This document shows, in pieces, positions 8,375 through 16,751 of a DNA stretch of 31,764 bases. How positions within the stretch are numbered: the stretch's first letter is position 1; every line of letters begins with the position of its first letter. This DNA is from a virus (taxonomy: Duplodnaviria; Heunggongvirae; Uroviricota; Caudoviricetes). The DNA lies in the IMG/VR virus record IMGVR_UViG_3300011008_000007, one strand, 5' to 3'. The notes under the pieces are model-generated. The model was not told the origin of the DNA, made no database searches, and worked only from the letters and a program-made list of their open reading frames with translations. The position numbers and the translations under genes were made by a program.

Positions 8375-8411
8375 GTAGTGTTGAGAGGGGGAAGCCTCTC
8401 ACACTACTTTT
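8375..8411 (+). terminator. Hairpin with T-tract; probable terminator of the upstream operon
   Basis: GTAGTG-T-TGAGAGG / GGGAAG loop / CCTCTCA-CACTAC, then TTTT. Confidence 0.65.
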
Positions 8412-8453
8412 AATTTATAAACCTAACAAAAAAATTATTGGAGAGATGAATAA

Positions 8454-9773
8454 ATGTATTGTGCTTATGTAACAACTCTAAAAGAGTTAAGAAAACACAA
8501 TAATGCAGATAGATTGCAATGTGCAACCGTATTCTCTAATAATGTAATTTTAGATTTGAGCTACGCTTCGGGGGATAGAGTAATTTATTTTCCTGTGGAT
8601 GGTCAGCTCGGACAGGAATTTGCAGAAGAGAATAATTTACTCAGAAAGAAAGACGAAAACGGAAATAATATCGGTGGTTATTTAGACCCAAACAAAAGAA
8701 ATATAACGGCTCTCAAATTGAGAGGCGAACAGTCTGATGGTTTGGTTTTGCCGCTATCTGTATTGAGCAAATATGTTGATATTGACACACTTAAAGATGG
8801 CGACCAAATTACTGTATTAAATGGAAATGAGATATGCAGAAAATACATTCCTCGGAGTTCAAACCCACGAAGAAATAATGGTGGTATCTCTAACAAAAAG
8901 AACCACAAAGAAGTAAAAGAAAAGATTTCATATCCATATTTCTTTGAACACGCCGACACCCAACAGTTAGCCTATAACCAAGACAAATTCCGCGAGGGAG
9001 ATATTTGTTACATAACCTTGAAGTGCCACGGAACGAGTGCAAGGACTATGAATGCAGTCGAGGTTACAAAGAAGCATCCAGCCAAAGTGTTAAAGCTATT
9101 TGGCGCCAAAGACAAGGTTTCAAAAACATATAAGATGATTACCGGAACTCGCCGCTGCACTCTTAGAAGTTATGATGGTGGTTTTTATGGCAGCAATGCT
9201 TTTAGAGAGAAATATCATAACCAACTAAAAGACAATCTTCCCAAAGGAATGGAAATCTTTTATGAAATTGTCGGTTGGATAGATAACGACAAGACAATAA
9301 TGGGTAGATGTTCAAACAAGTTGATTAAAGATAAAGAGTTCTCTAAAAAATATGGCGATGAAACAATTTTCTCTTATGGCTGTGAACAGGGCGAAAACGA
9401 TTGCTACGTTTATAGAATGACTATGACAAACGAGGATGGCTATACCGTAGAGATTCCTTGGGAGCAAGTTCAAGTTGAAGCTGACAAGTTGGGTCTGAAA
9501 TGTGTTCCGACTTTTGAAAGGTTTATTTATACAACTTGGGATGACCTTATGGAGAGGGTCGAAAAATACTATGACGGAGAAGACCCAATCGGTAAAACCC
9601 ATATTCGAGAGGGTGTTGTTGTACGAATAGACAACAGACCGAAATTCACGGCTTTTAAACATAAAAACTTTTCTTTCAAATGTCTTGAAGGAATAATCAA
9701 AGACAGTTCGGATTCTCCCGATATTGAAGAAGCAGAGGAATTAATTACAGAAGAGTATAAGGAAGGTGCTTAA
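8454..9773 (+). CDS. ATP-dependent RNA ligase (DRB0094/Rnl2-like, with N-terminal OB-like domain)
   Basis: N-terminal KHNNADRLQ...GDRVIYFP.DGQL; ligase motifs I (TLKCHGTS), III (IFYEIVG), IV (REGVVVR) and V (FKHK). Confidence 0.85.
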   Translation: MYCAYVTTLKELRKHNNADRLQCATVFSNNVILDLSYASGDRVIYFPVDGQLGQEFAEENNLLRKKDENGNNIGGYLDPNKRNITALKLRGEQSDGLVLPLSVLSKYVDIDTLKDGDQITVLNGNEICRKYIPRSSNPRRNNGGISNKKNHKEVKEKISYPYFFEHADTQQLAYNQDKFREGDICYITLKCHGTSARTMNAVEVTKKHPAKVLKLFGAKDKVSKTYKMITGTRRCTLRSYDGGFYGSNAFREKYHNQLKDNLPKGMEIFYEIVGWIDNDKTIMGRCSNKLIKDKEFSKKYGDETIFSYGCEQGENDCYVYRMTMTNEDGYTVEIPWEQVQVEADKLGLKCVPTFERFIYTTWDDLMERVEKYYDGEDPIGKTHIREGVVVRIDNRPKFTAFKHKNFSFKCLEGIIKDSSDSPDIEEAEELITEEYKEGA

Positions 9774-10155
9774 TATGGGATTCCCAAACGAAACACTTAA
9801 AGATAACAGCGCAGAAGAATTTACAGAAAGCGCTAAAAACTTAGACATTGCTGAAAATAAACAGCAGGGTAACAAAGAGAATTTATCTAAAGAACAAGTA
9901 AAAGCAGTAATCGAGAGTTATAAAGAAGTACAGGACGAAATGAGAGAGAAATATAAGGCAAGTATTCCCGAACTTCAAGAAGAATACCGCAGAGGTATTT
10001 CTGTTGGTGCTCAGGCTGCTTGTGAGGTTGTTTTAAAGAAATTAAATAATCGCTCTACTCCGCTAATGACAAAGATTGCAGATATTAAGGCATTTTGTAG
10101 AAGACCTTTCGGACAGGAGCCGGAACAAATTTTGGAGAGTACAGATGATAATTAA
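9766..10155 (+). CDS. Hypothetical protein (paralog of 23675..23917)
   Basis: Co-oriented ORF with overlapping start and stop codons. Confidence 0.7.
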   Translation: MLNMGFPNETLKDNSAEEFTESAKNLDIAENKQQGNKENLSKEQVKAVIESYKEVQDEMREKYKASIPELQEEYRRGISVGAQAACEVVLKKLNNRSTPLMTKIADIKAFCRRPFGQEPEQILESTDDN

Positions 10156-10702
10156 TGACCTGCAAACTGTTAGCGGTCAATATGATTTGATTTATGCAGA
10201 CCCGCCGTGGCGTCAGTCAAAAGGTGGTAAAAAAGCTGTTCGCAAAAATAGTAGTGGCACAAAACTTGATTATCCAACGTGTAGCCTTGAAGAAATCAAA
10301 AATCATATTGCTACTGCCGTAGGTTCGGGGGATAAAAACAAAATCCTCTTCCTATGGACAATAGACAAGTATTTATTTGAAGCACAAGAAATTGCTGAAA
10401 ACCTTGGCTTTAAACTTCACGCAAGAATGATTTGGGATAAAGTTACGGGAATACCAGCGGCATTTACGGTAAGGTATGGGCACGAATATCTGCTTTATAT
10501 GTATAAGGGTAAACTTACTCCTGTGGCGAAAGAAGAGCGTGGCAAGATTCATACGGTTTTCCGCGAAAAAGTTACTAAGCATAGCAAAAAACCCGAAATT
10601 GCTTATGAGATTATCGAAAGGCTATATCCTGACCTCAAAAAGATTGAAATGTACGCTCGAAACGAGAGAAATGGTTGGGATTCTTGGGGAAATGAAATTT
10701 AG
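10145..10702 (+). CDS. MT-A70-family adenine methyltransferase
   Basis: YDLIYADPPW, LFLWT, WDK, HSKKPE and IEMYAR....GWDSWGNE. Start moved to ATG 10145 (GGAG RBS). Confidence 0.9.
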   Translation: MIINDLQTVSGQYDLIYADPPWRQSKGGKKAVRKNSSGTKLDYPTCSLEEIKNHIATAVGSGDKNKILFLWTIDKYLFEAQEIAENLGFKLHARMIWDKVTGIPAAFTVRYGHEYLLYMYKGKLTPVAKEERGKIHTVFREKVTKHSKKPEIAYEIIERLYPDLKKIEMYARNERNGWDSWGNEI

Positions 10703-10794
10703 CTTAAAAAGTGTCATCTGAGTACCAAAAATAGCCTAAAAATGGGGTCTGAGTGTCATTTTTTTATCAAGCGGCAAAAATGGAGGTAATTTTT

Positions 10795-11823
10795 ATGACT
10801 TACGAAAAACACACCTTTATAAAACCCCAAGAATTGAGGGTTTTTGAGAGGCAAAATGACGATAAAACTCCGATTTTATTTACACTAATAGGATTGCCTG
10901 GAAGTGGCAAATCTTATCTTGCTTCAAGGATTGCAATAGGTGACGGCAAGGGCGGGTTCTATTATCCGACTATTCACTCCTCAGACGAACTCAGAAAAGA
11001 ATTATATGGTGACGTTGATGACCAAACGCATAATGCTGAAATCTTTAACGAATTACATAAACGTATTCGCAATGATTTAGTGCGGGGGATGGACACAATT
11101 TACGATGCTACAAATGTCAGCAAAAAGCGTCGTATTGGTTATTTTAGAGAAATCAGTAAAATCAAATGTCGCAAAATTGCAATTGTTACCCTTGCTCCGT
11201 ATGAGGTGTGTCTTAGTCAAAATTTGCAAAGAGAAAAGACCGTGCCGGAATATGTAATTAAAAATATGTATATGCACTGGTGCCCACCTGCACTAAATGA
11301 GGGTTTTGACGAAATCCATTTGTTTTACAACTATGGGGATTTGGATAAGGATTATTATTCTCCGAACAACTTCTTTGAGGGTAGAATCGGTGCTAATTAT
11401 ATAAGCCAAGATAATTCTCATCATACCTTGACAATTGGACAGCATTGTAGCGAAGCAGGTAGATACGCTATCAAGAAATATTCCGATTTGATTTTAGGCT
11501 TGGCGGCACATTTTCACGATATTGGAAAGCCTTTTACGAAAACAAAGCTAAATAAAAAAGGTGAGTTTGACGGTAATTATCATTACTATCAGCACCATTG
11601 TGTTGGAGCTTATGACGTGTTCTTCTATCTTGACCATTTTAGCGAAGAAATGCTTTCACCAAGAGATTTAGTTTACATATCAAATTTGATTTATTATCAT
11701 ATGATGCCTTTTACGAAATGGCGGCAGAGTGAGAAAGCCAAACTAAAAGACAAAAAGCTAATTGGAAACAAAATGTTTACAGATATTATGAGGCTGCACG
11801 AAGCAGACACTTTTGCGCATTAG
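10795..11823 (+). CDS. Polynucleotide kinase-like AAA_33 domain fused to an HD phosphoesterase
   Basis: LIGLPGSGKS, SSDELR and DATN..KKRR; C-terminal FHDIGKP...HH..GAY...YHM...HEAD. Start set at ATG 10795 (GGAGG RBS). Confidence 0.85.
   Translation: MTYEKHTFIKPQELRVFERQNDDKTPILFTLIGLPGSGKSYLASRIAIGDGKGGFYYPTIHSSDELRKELYGDVDDQTHNAEIFNELHKRIRNDLVRGMDTIYDATNVSKKRRIGYFREISKIKCRKIAIVTLAPYEVCLSQNLQREKTVPEYVIKNMYMHWCPPALNEGFDEIHLFYNYGDLDKDYYSPNNFFEGRIGANYISQDNSHHTLTIGQHCSEAGRYAIKKYSDLILGLAAHFHDIGKPFTKTKLNKKGEFDGNYHYYQHHCVGAYDVFFYLDHFSEEMLSPRDLVYISNLIYYHMMPFTKWRQSEKAKLKDKKLIGNKMFTDIMRLHEADTFAH
10862..10879. repeat. ATAAAA-N6-TTTTAT palindrome, copy 1 (intragenic)
   Basis: ATAAAACTCCGATTTTAT. Confidence 0.4.
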
Positions 11824-11831
11824 GAGGAAAT

Positions 11832-12071
11832 ATGATAAAGCGGGAAATTAAACCAAGAGACCGATTGATTTTTCATAGTGAAAACGGACGGGATTATATA
11901 GTTGAAGTTTGTAATGTTAATGATTTTAGAGAGCCTTCTATGAAATATGCTATCGACTTAATTAACCCAAATGGCGTTAGTTATTATGAATTATATGGCG
12001 ATTGGTTCTTTTGCGGAGACGACTTTATAAATAAATGTGAATATGTAGAGGGAAAGAAAGATGACAATTAG
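11832..12071 (+). CDS. Hypothetical protein
   Basis: 79 aa with AGGAGG RBS. Confidence 0.75.
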   Translation: MIKREIKPRDRLIFHSENGRDYIVEVCNVNDFREPSMKYAIDLINPNGVSYYELYGDWFFCGDDFINKCEYVEGKKDDN

Positions 12072-12279
12072 ACCAACTGGATTTTGGATATGTGTTTTTA
12101 GTTTAATTTTGCTTGTAACTTTTAAATTAACGGGATTGATTAATATATCTTGGCTTTGGGTATTGACTCCTGTGTGGTTCTTTCCGGCATTGATATTAGT
12201 GTGGTTCGGCTTATTGTTGGCAATATCACTAACTTCATTTTTATTTCTTATTATCCTCAAAGATGAAGATAAGCAATGA
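12061..12279 (+). CDS. Small membrane protein (phage xKLTGxIxxSWxWVL family)
   Basis: Hydrophobic segments with FKLTGLINISWLWVLTPVW. Confidence 0.7.
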   Translation: MTIRPTGFWICVFSLILLVTFKLTGLINISWLWVLTPVWFFPALILVWFGLLLAISLTSFLFLIILKDEDKQ

Positions 12280-12288
12280 GGTGTTGAA

Positions 12289-12621
12289 GTGGATTTTTGG
12301 AACACAATTATGACCGAAATGACAAAAGGTAATTTTTCTTTTGATATTTTGCTCGTTGGTGCAGCACAGTTGCTCGTAATGAATGTGAGCCTGACTATAA
12401 GTATCATTCTATTATCAATTCAACTCAAAATGATGAAACAATCAAAAAGGATAAAAGCAATGGAAAATAGTATTTATGAGATTTATATATGTGGAGATAG
12501 ATTTGCGGTTGCATATGACGAAGAGACTGTCCACACGATTATCAAAGGAATCTTTGAACAGTATTATGCCGAGCCTAATTTATTTATTGAAATAAAAAGT
12601 AAGAGAGCATATGAAAAATAA
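12289..12621 (+). CDS. Hypothetical protein with one predicted transmembrane segment
   Basis: GAGGTG RBS and GTG start; hydrophobic stretch at about residues 18-45. Confidence 0.65.
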   Translation: MDFWNTIMTEMTKGNFSFDILLVGAAQLLVMNVSLTISIILLSIQLKMMKQSKRIKAMENSIYEIYICGDRFAVAYDEETVHTIIKGIFEQYYAEPNLFIEIKSKRAYEK

Positions 12622-12985
12622 TTTTTATATACAACACTTTAAATATCCAGACGATATGGATAAAGAATGTATAGCGATTTGCGATGTTTTTAATTCTTGT
12701 GGGCTTACAACCCAATATTCTTGTTGCGGACACAATAAATCTGATTTTTATGTAATATTTTCGGACGACGTTTCTACATCGAAAATGGAAGAATTTATTT
12801 CTTTATTTGAAAATCAGCACACTCATTCTCCGTTTGTTGGGAAGTTTGTAATGTGGATAAGAAAGATGAGTGGCGAAATAGTTAAAAATTGGATGTACAC
12901 AGTTCCGAATAAGGAACGGGCAGAAATTGATAGAAAAACTATCATTAAAGAATTGGGCAATGTTGGTTATCCAGGTACGAATTAA
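12611..12985 (+). CDS. Hypothetical protein with N..G..T..SCCGH motif
   Basis: 124-aa ORF coupled to the upstream gene. Confidence 0.7.
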   Translation: MKNNFYIQHFKYPDDMDKECIAICDVFNSCGLTTQYSCCGHNKSDFYVIFSDDVSTSKMEEFISLFENQHTHSPFVGKFVMWIRKMSGEIVKNWMYTVPNKERAEIDRKTIIKELGNVGYPGTN

Positions 12986-13121
12986 ACCACGCGAACGTAA
13001 TAAAATTCATTATCGTTAAGAAAGGTTACACGAAAAATGGAGCAAAAGAAATTGACGAAATATTTGATAGGGTTTTGAATCCGAGTAATAGTGAAATGGA
13101 TGATAAATAAACTAACAATGT

Positions 13122-13280
13122 TTGGTGGTGCGAATAATAAAAAAACCAATACAATATAAAATTTTAAGATGGCTTCGGAGATTTATTGAATGGGCAAACG
13201 GAAAAACATATGATTGCTGTGATAAATTATTTGTAAATTGTCAACGATGTCTTAATGAAAAAATAGAACGTTGGAGATAG
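13122..13280 (+). CDS. Possible small Cys-containing hypothetical protein (not in the ORF track)
   Basis: TTG/GTG-started 52-aa ORF (MVVRIIKKPIQYK...CCDKLFVNCQRC...) filling the gap in the operon direction; no clear RBS. Confidence 0.35.
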   Translation: MVVRIIKKPIQYKILRWLRRFIEWANGKTYDCCDKLFVNCQRCLNEKIERWR

Positions 13281-13288
13281 CTTTTAAT

Positions 13289-13456
13289 ATGGGAAAAGCA
13301 CATAGAAAGCCAAGTCCATCAATGCCACATTGGTTTTGGCTGGATATGGATAATTGTTGGTTATGTAAAAACAGAAGAAACTGCAACAAATGCGGATATA
13401 TTCGCAAGTACGCAAAAGATAGATTACCCAAGAAAGAAAAAGGTAAGCATAAATAA
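13289..13456 (+). CDS. Small Cys-rich hypothetical protein
   Basis: CWLC..RRNCNKC; ATG 13289 is preferred to TTG 13271. Confidence 0.6.
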   Translation: MGKAHRKPSPSMPHWFWLDMDNCWLCKNRRNCNKCGYIRKYAKDRLPKKEKGKHK

Positions 13457-13470
13457 AACAGGTTTTTTAT
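13453..13470. repeat. ATAAAA-N6-TTTTAT palindrome, copy 2
   Basis: ATAAAACAGGTTTTTTAT at a gene end/intergenic start. Confidence 0.5.
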
Positions 13471-13532
13471 TTTTAAAATATAAACCTATCAAAAAAATTA
13501 TAGATAGAACAATAAATAGAGGAGGTTTATTT

Positions 13533-14390
13533 GTGTATTTAAAGAATCCATTTAATTACATTGGCGCAAAATACAAGTTGCTGCCACAAATACTTCCTCT
13601 GTTTCCTTCGGATTGCGAAATTTTTATCGACCTCTTCGGGGGAAGTGGAGAAGTAGCCTTTAATACGCAGGCTAAACAGATAATTTACAATGAAAAATCT
13701 TCTGCTTTGGTTAATATTTTCAATCACTTAGATGACAACTTTTTAAACGAAGTTGAGGACGTTATCTCTAAATGGAAATTAACAAAAACAAGCAAGCAGG
13801 AATTTCTTGGTTTGAGGTCGTATTACAACGAAAACCACAAAAATATGTCAGAACGAGAACAGGCAATTATTTTGTATTGCCTATTAACGCACGCATTTAA
13901 TTATCAAATCGCCTTTAATTCTAAGGGTGAATACAATATGCCTTCGGGTGCCGGCAGAAGTTATTTCAGTCCGCAGCTTAAAAAGAAATTGCAAGATTAC
14001 ATACGTCGAAAACAGGATATTAATATTGAATTTCAATCAAATGATTTTGTAGATTTTTCGATTGATAAATATCCGCCAGATAAAACTTTTATTTATGTTG
14101 ACCCACCTTATTTAATTACAGTTGGAGCATACGAAAGAGATTATTTCTGCAAATGGTCTGAGGATTATGAACATAAGCTATTGGCATATCTCGACGAACT
14201 TAATGAAAGAGGATATAAATTTGCTCTTTCCAATGTCTTAGAGCACAAAGGCAAAACCAATGAAATCTTAAAAGAATGGGCTCAAAAATATAAAGTCCAC
14301 TATATGAACATTGATTATAAAAACTGTAATTATCACACCAAAGATAAGTCTGCAAATAGCAGCACAGAAGTGTTGATAACAAATTATTAA
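13533..14390 (+). CDS. D12-class N6-adenine DNA methyltransferase (Dam-like)
   Basis: NYIGAKYKLLPQI, FIDLFGGSG, IYNE and FIYVDPPY; GGAGG RBS. Confidence 0.92.
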   Translation: MYLKNPFNYIGAKYKLLPQILPLFPSDCEIFIDLFGGSGEVAFNTQAKQIIYNEKSSALVNIFNHLDDNFLNEVEDVISKWKLTKTSKQEFLGLRSYYNENHKNMSEREQAIILYCLLTHAFNYQIAFNSKGEYNMPSGAGRSYFSPQLKKKLQDYIRRKQDINIEFQSNDFVDFSIDKYPPDKTFIYVDPPYLITVGAYERDYFCKWSEDYEHKLLAYLDELNERGYKFALSNVLEHKGKTNEILKEWAQKYKVHYMNIDYKNCNYHTKDKSANSSTEVLITNY

Positions 14391-14515
14391 AGCAATCACC
14401 ACCATTGGTGTTTTATATAGATATAAGCATTTTGAAGCCAAATTATATGGTCAGACGTGATTTGAACTTCAAACAACCACATTGTTTTTAAAATTCAAAG
14501 AAAGGACAGATTATT

Positions 14516-15163
14516 TTGGCAAATTCAAACGACGTTAAAAAAAGTGCTTTTAATGTACTTAGAGATGTAGACGTTAGCGACAGAATCAAAACAAAAGGTA
14601 AGTTGTCATATCTATCTTGGGCTTCGGCTTGGGATGAAGTTAAGCAGAAATATCCAAATGCAACCTATGAGATTGTTCCTCAGCAAATGGACGAGCTTGG
14701 AAATACAAGATTTTGGCACACAGACGGCAAAACCGGTTGGGTAGAAATTTCTCTTACTATTGATGGTCAAATGGTCAATGAGATTTTGGCAATTATGGAC
14801 TATACAAACAAGAGTATTCCCGCAGATAAAATCACCTCTGTAGATGCTAATAAATCGTTAAAGAGATGTCTTGTTAAAGCCTGTGCTCTATTTGGATTGG
14901 GCTTACATATTTATGACGGCGAAGATTTACCTGAAAACATTATTCGTGCCGAAGAATTGAAAGAGGAAATCTCAGGCATTATTGAGAAAAAGGTTAAGCT
15001 ATCAGAAACCGCCAAAAAGAAAGTTGCAGAAATCTGTAAGGCGGCAGAACAAGAAGCATTCCCCGAATTTCCAGAAGATGCAATTATCGGACAATACAAG
15101 AATATCGTAGACGTTGACATACTCGAAAAATTAAAAAGACAGCTTATTGCTGTCAGAAAGTGA
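14516..15163 (+). CDS. Sak/DUF1071-family single-strand annealing recombinase
   Basis: LSYLSWASAW..VK..YP.ATYE, IMDY.NK, RCLVKACALFGLGLHIYDGEDLP. Confidence 0.85.
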   Translation: MANSNDVKKSAFNVLRDVDVSDRIKTKGKLSYLSWASAWDEVKQKYPNATYEIVPQQMDELGNTRFWHTDGKTGWVEISLTIDGQMVNEILAIMDYTNKSIPADKITSVDANKSLKRCLVKACALFGLGLHIYDGEDLPENIIRAEELKEEISGIIEKKVKLSETAKKKVAEICKAAEQEAFPEFPEDAIIGQYKNIVDVDILEKLKRQLIAVRK

Positions 15164-15170
15164 GAAAATT

Positions 15171-15596
15171 ATGGGATTTAGACAAGGTGCTTATGCACGC
15201 ATTTGGAGCGTTGAAGAGGGAAATGGTAATTACGCCGTAGCAAATATGAGTGTAAGTCGCAAGAACCCTGAAACGGAAAAGTATGAAACAGAATGGCAAG
15301 ATGGTTTTGTAAGGCTTGTTGGTAGAGCTTATGAAGCTATCGAGGGTATTGAGGTTCCCGAAGGCGGCATATCCGTAAAGATTTCTTCTTGTGACGTAAC
15401 AAATAATTACAGCACAGAGAAACGCAAGTTATATACAAACTATGTCATTTTTGGTTTTGAATATCCTATTGAAAGTGGTAATGAGGGCGGTAAAAGTTCT
15501 TCTGCCAAAAAGACCACGACAAAAAAGACAACGAAATCAAAAACAACCAAGGCAAAAGTAGAAGCTGCTGACGATAGTGAGGAACTTCCATTTTAA
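15171..15596 (+). CDS. Single-stranded DNA-binding protein (phage type)
   Basis: Follows the SSAP; OB-like beta-rich body, Lys/Thr linker and acidic DDSEELPF tail. Start set at ATG 15171. Confidence 0.75.
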   Translation: MGFRQGAYARIWSVEEGNGNYAVANMSVSRKNPETEKYETEWQDGFVRLVGRAYEAIEGIEVPEGGISVKISSCDVTNNYSTEKRKLYTNYVIFGFEYPIESGNEGGKSSSAKKTTTKKTTKSKTTKAKVEAADDSEELPF

Positions 15597-15608
15597 AGGA
15601 CGGTAAAT

Positions 15609-16226
15609 ATGGTAAATAACGAAAACGTAGAAAGATTTGAAAATCTGCTTAGAGAGTGTAAAAGAGATGGAATTGAAGAGTTGATTGGATTTCTCAGAAA
15701 ATCCGACTTTTATACTGCTCCGGCAAGTACAAGATACCACTCTTGTCACGAGGGCGGTTTATTGGAACACAGTCTGAATGTTGCCGATTGTTTACTGAAA
15801 AAACTTGATAATCCAACTTGGAAAGAGATTCTTGGTGAGGTTGGGCGTGAAAGCATTATTTTATGCGCCCTACTTCACGATGTTTGCAAAACATTTTTCT
15901 ATGTTGTTGAAATGAAAAATAAAAAGGTTTATAAAGACACGGGCAAAAAGATAGATAGTAACGGTAGATACGATTGGGAAACGGTTCCTGGATATACGGT
16001 TGAAGATAAATATCCATATGGTCACGGCGAAAAATCAGTAATGATGATTGAACAATATGTTAAGTTATCGCCCGCCGAAAGGTATGCTATTCGTTGGCAT
16101 ATGGGGTTTACCGAGCCAAAGGAAAGTTGGAATATGCTAAGTGCGGCAATAACAAAATATCCATTGGTTTTAGCTATCCACGAAGCCGACCTTGAATCTA
16201 CTTATCTATTAGAAGAGGAAGAATAA
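15609..16226 (+). CDS. HD-domain phosphohydrolase (YhaM-like HD)
   Basis: APAST.YH...GGLLEHS, LLHDVCK, GHGEKS, IRWHMG and HEAD. Confidence 0.85.
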   Translation: MVNNENVERFENLLRECKRDGIEELIGFLRKSDFYTAPASTRYHSCHEGGLLEHSLNVADCLLKKLDNPTWKEILGEVGRESIILCALLHDVCKTFFYVVEMKNKKVYKDTGKKIDSNGRYDWETVPGYTVEDKYPYGHGEKSVMMIEQYVKLSPAERYAIRWHMGFTEPKESWNMLSAAITKYPLVLAIHEADLESTYLLEEEE

Positions 16227-16736
16227 ATGGCAAAATCCGATATTCGTATTTGTCGCTTTGGTCTTTGTAAACATCCAAACAAGCAGATTGATATTTCCAA
16301 AGAAAAATATGTTGTAGTAAAGAAAAGATATTATCACGAGGATTGTTTTAATCAAAGAGAACAAAATCTTAAAAAAGATGAGAAAACCTCAGCCGATATT
16401 CAACTTATGAAAAATTTGTGGTTTACAAACATTAATCGAACCACAAGCTACGGCGCACTTTTGGCGGCATTTAATGACATCTTAGAACGTGGAGTAAGCT
16501 CAGATTATTTGTTGTTTACTTTGCAGTATTGTATCAATCACAATCTTAATCTTCGTTATCCGCAGGGTTTGAAGTTCTTTGTAGATAAATGGTACATAAA
16601 ACAAGAGTATTATTCTGCTCAAAGAAAACAAACATATGAGAACAAAACATTTGTTGTGTCAGAAAAGGATAGCCAAACTCCGCAATGCGCGCCAAAAACA
16701 AATAAGAAGAACTACAAAAATATATTCAACAAGTAA
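16227..16736 (+). CDS. Hypothetical replication-associated protein, possibly Zn-binding
   Basis: C..GLCKH...YH.DC at the N-terminus; immediately upstream of the helicase. Confidence 0.7.
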   Translation: MAKSDIRICRFGLCKHPNKQIDISKEKYVVVKKRYYHEDCFNQREQNLKKDEKTSADIQLMKNLWFTNINRTTSYGALLAAFNDILERGVSSDYLLFTLQYCINHNLNLRYPQGLKFFVDKWYIKQEYYSAQRKQTYENKTFVVSEKDSQTPQCAPKTNKKNYKNIFNK

Positions 16737-16751
16737 AATCGGAGGTAAACA

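Noticed and set aside
12949-13110. Open frame ending ...EIDEIFDRVLNPSNSEMDDK, and a 19-codon ORF at 12960 resembling the IKPRDR start of 11832..12071
   Set aside because: The first has no start codon or RBS, and the second is too short to support homology. They may be gene remnants.
14399-14473. Short palindromes CACCA-T-TGGTG and TTTGAA-C-TTCAAA before the SSAP gene
   Set aside because: Each occurs once and is short, with no repeat elsewhere in the window; compatible with chance in AT-rich DNA.
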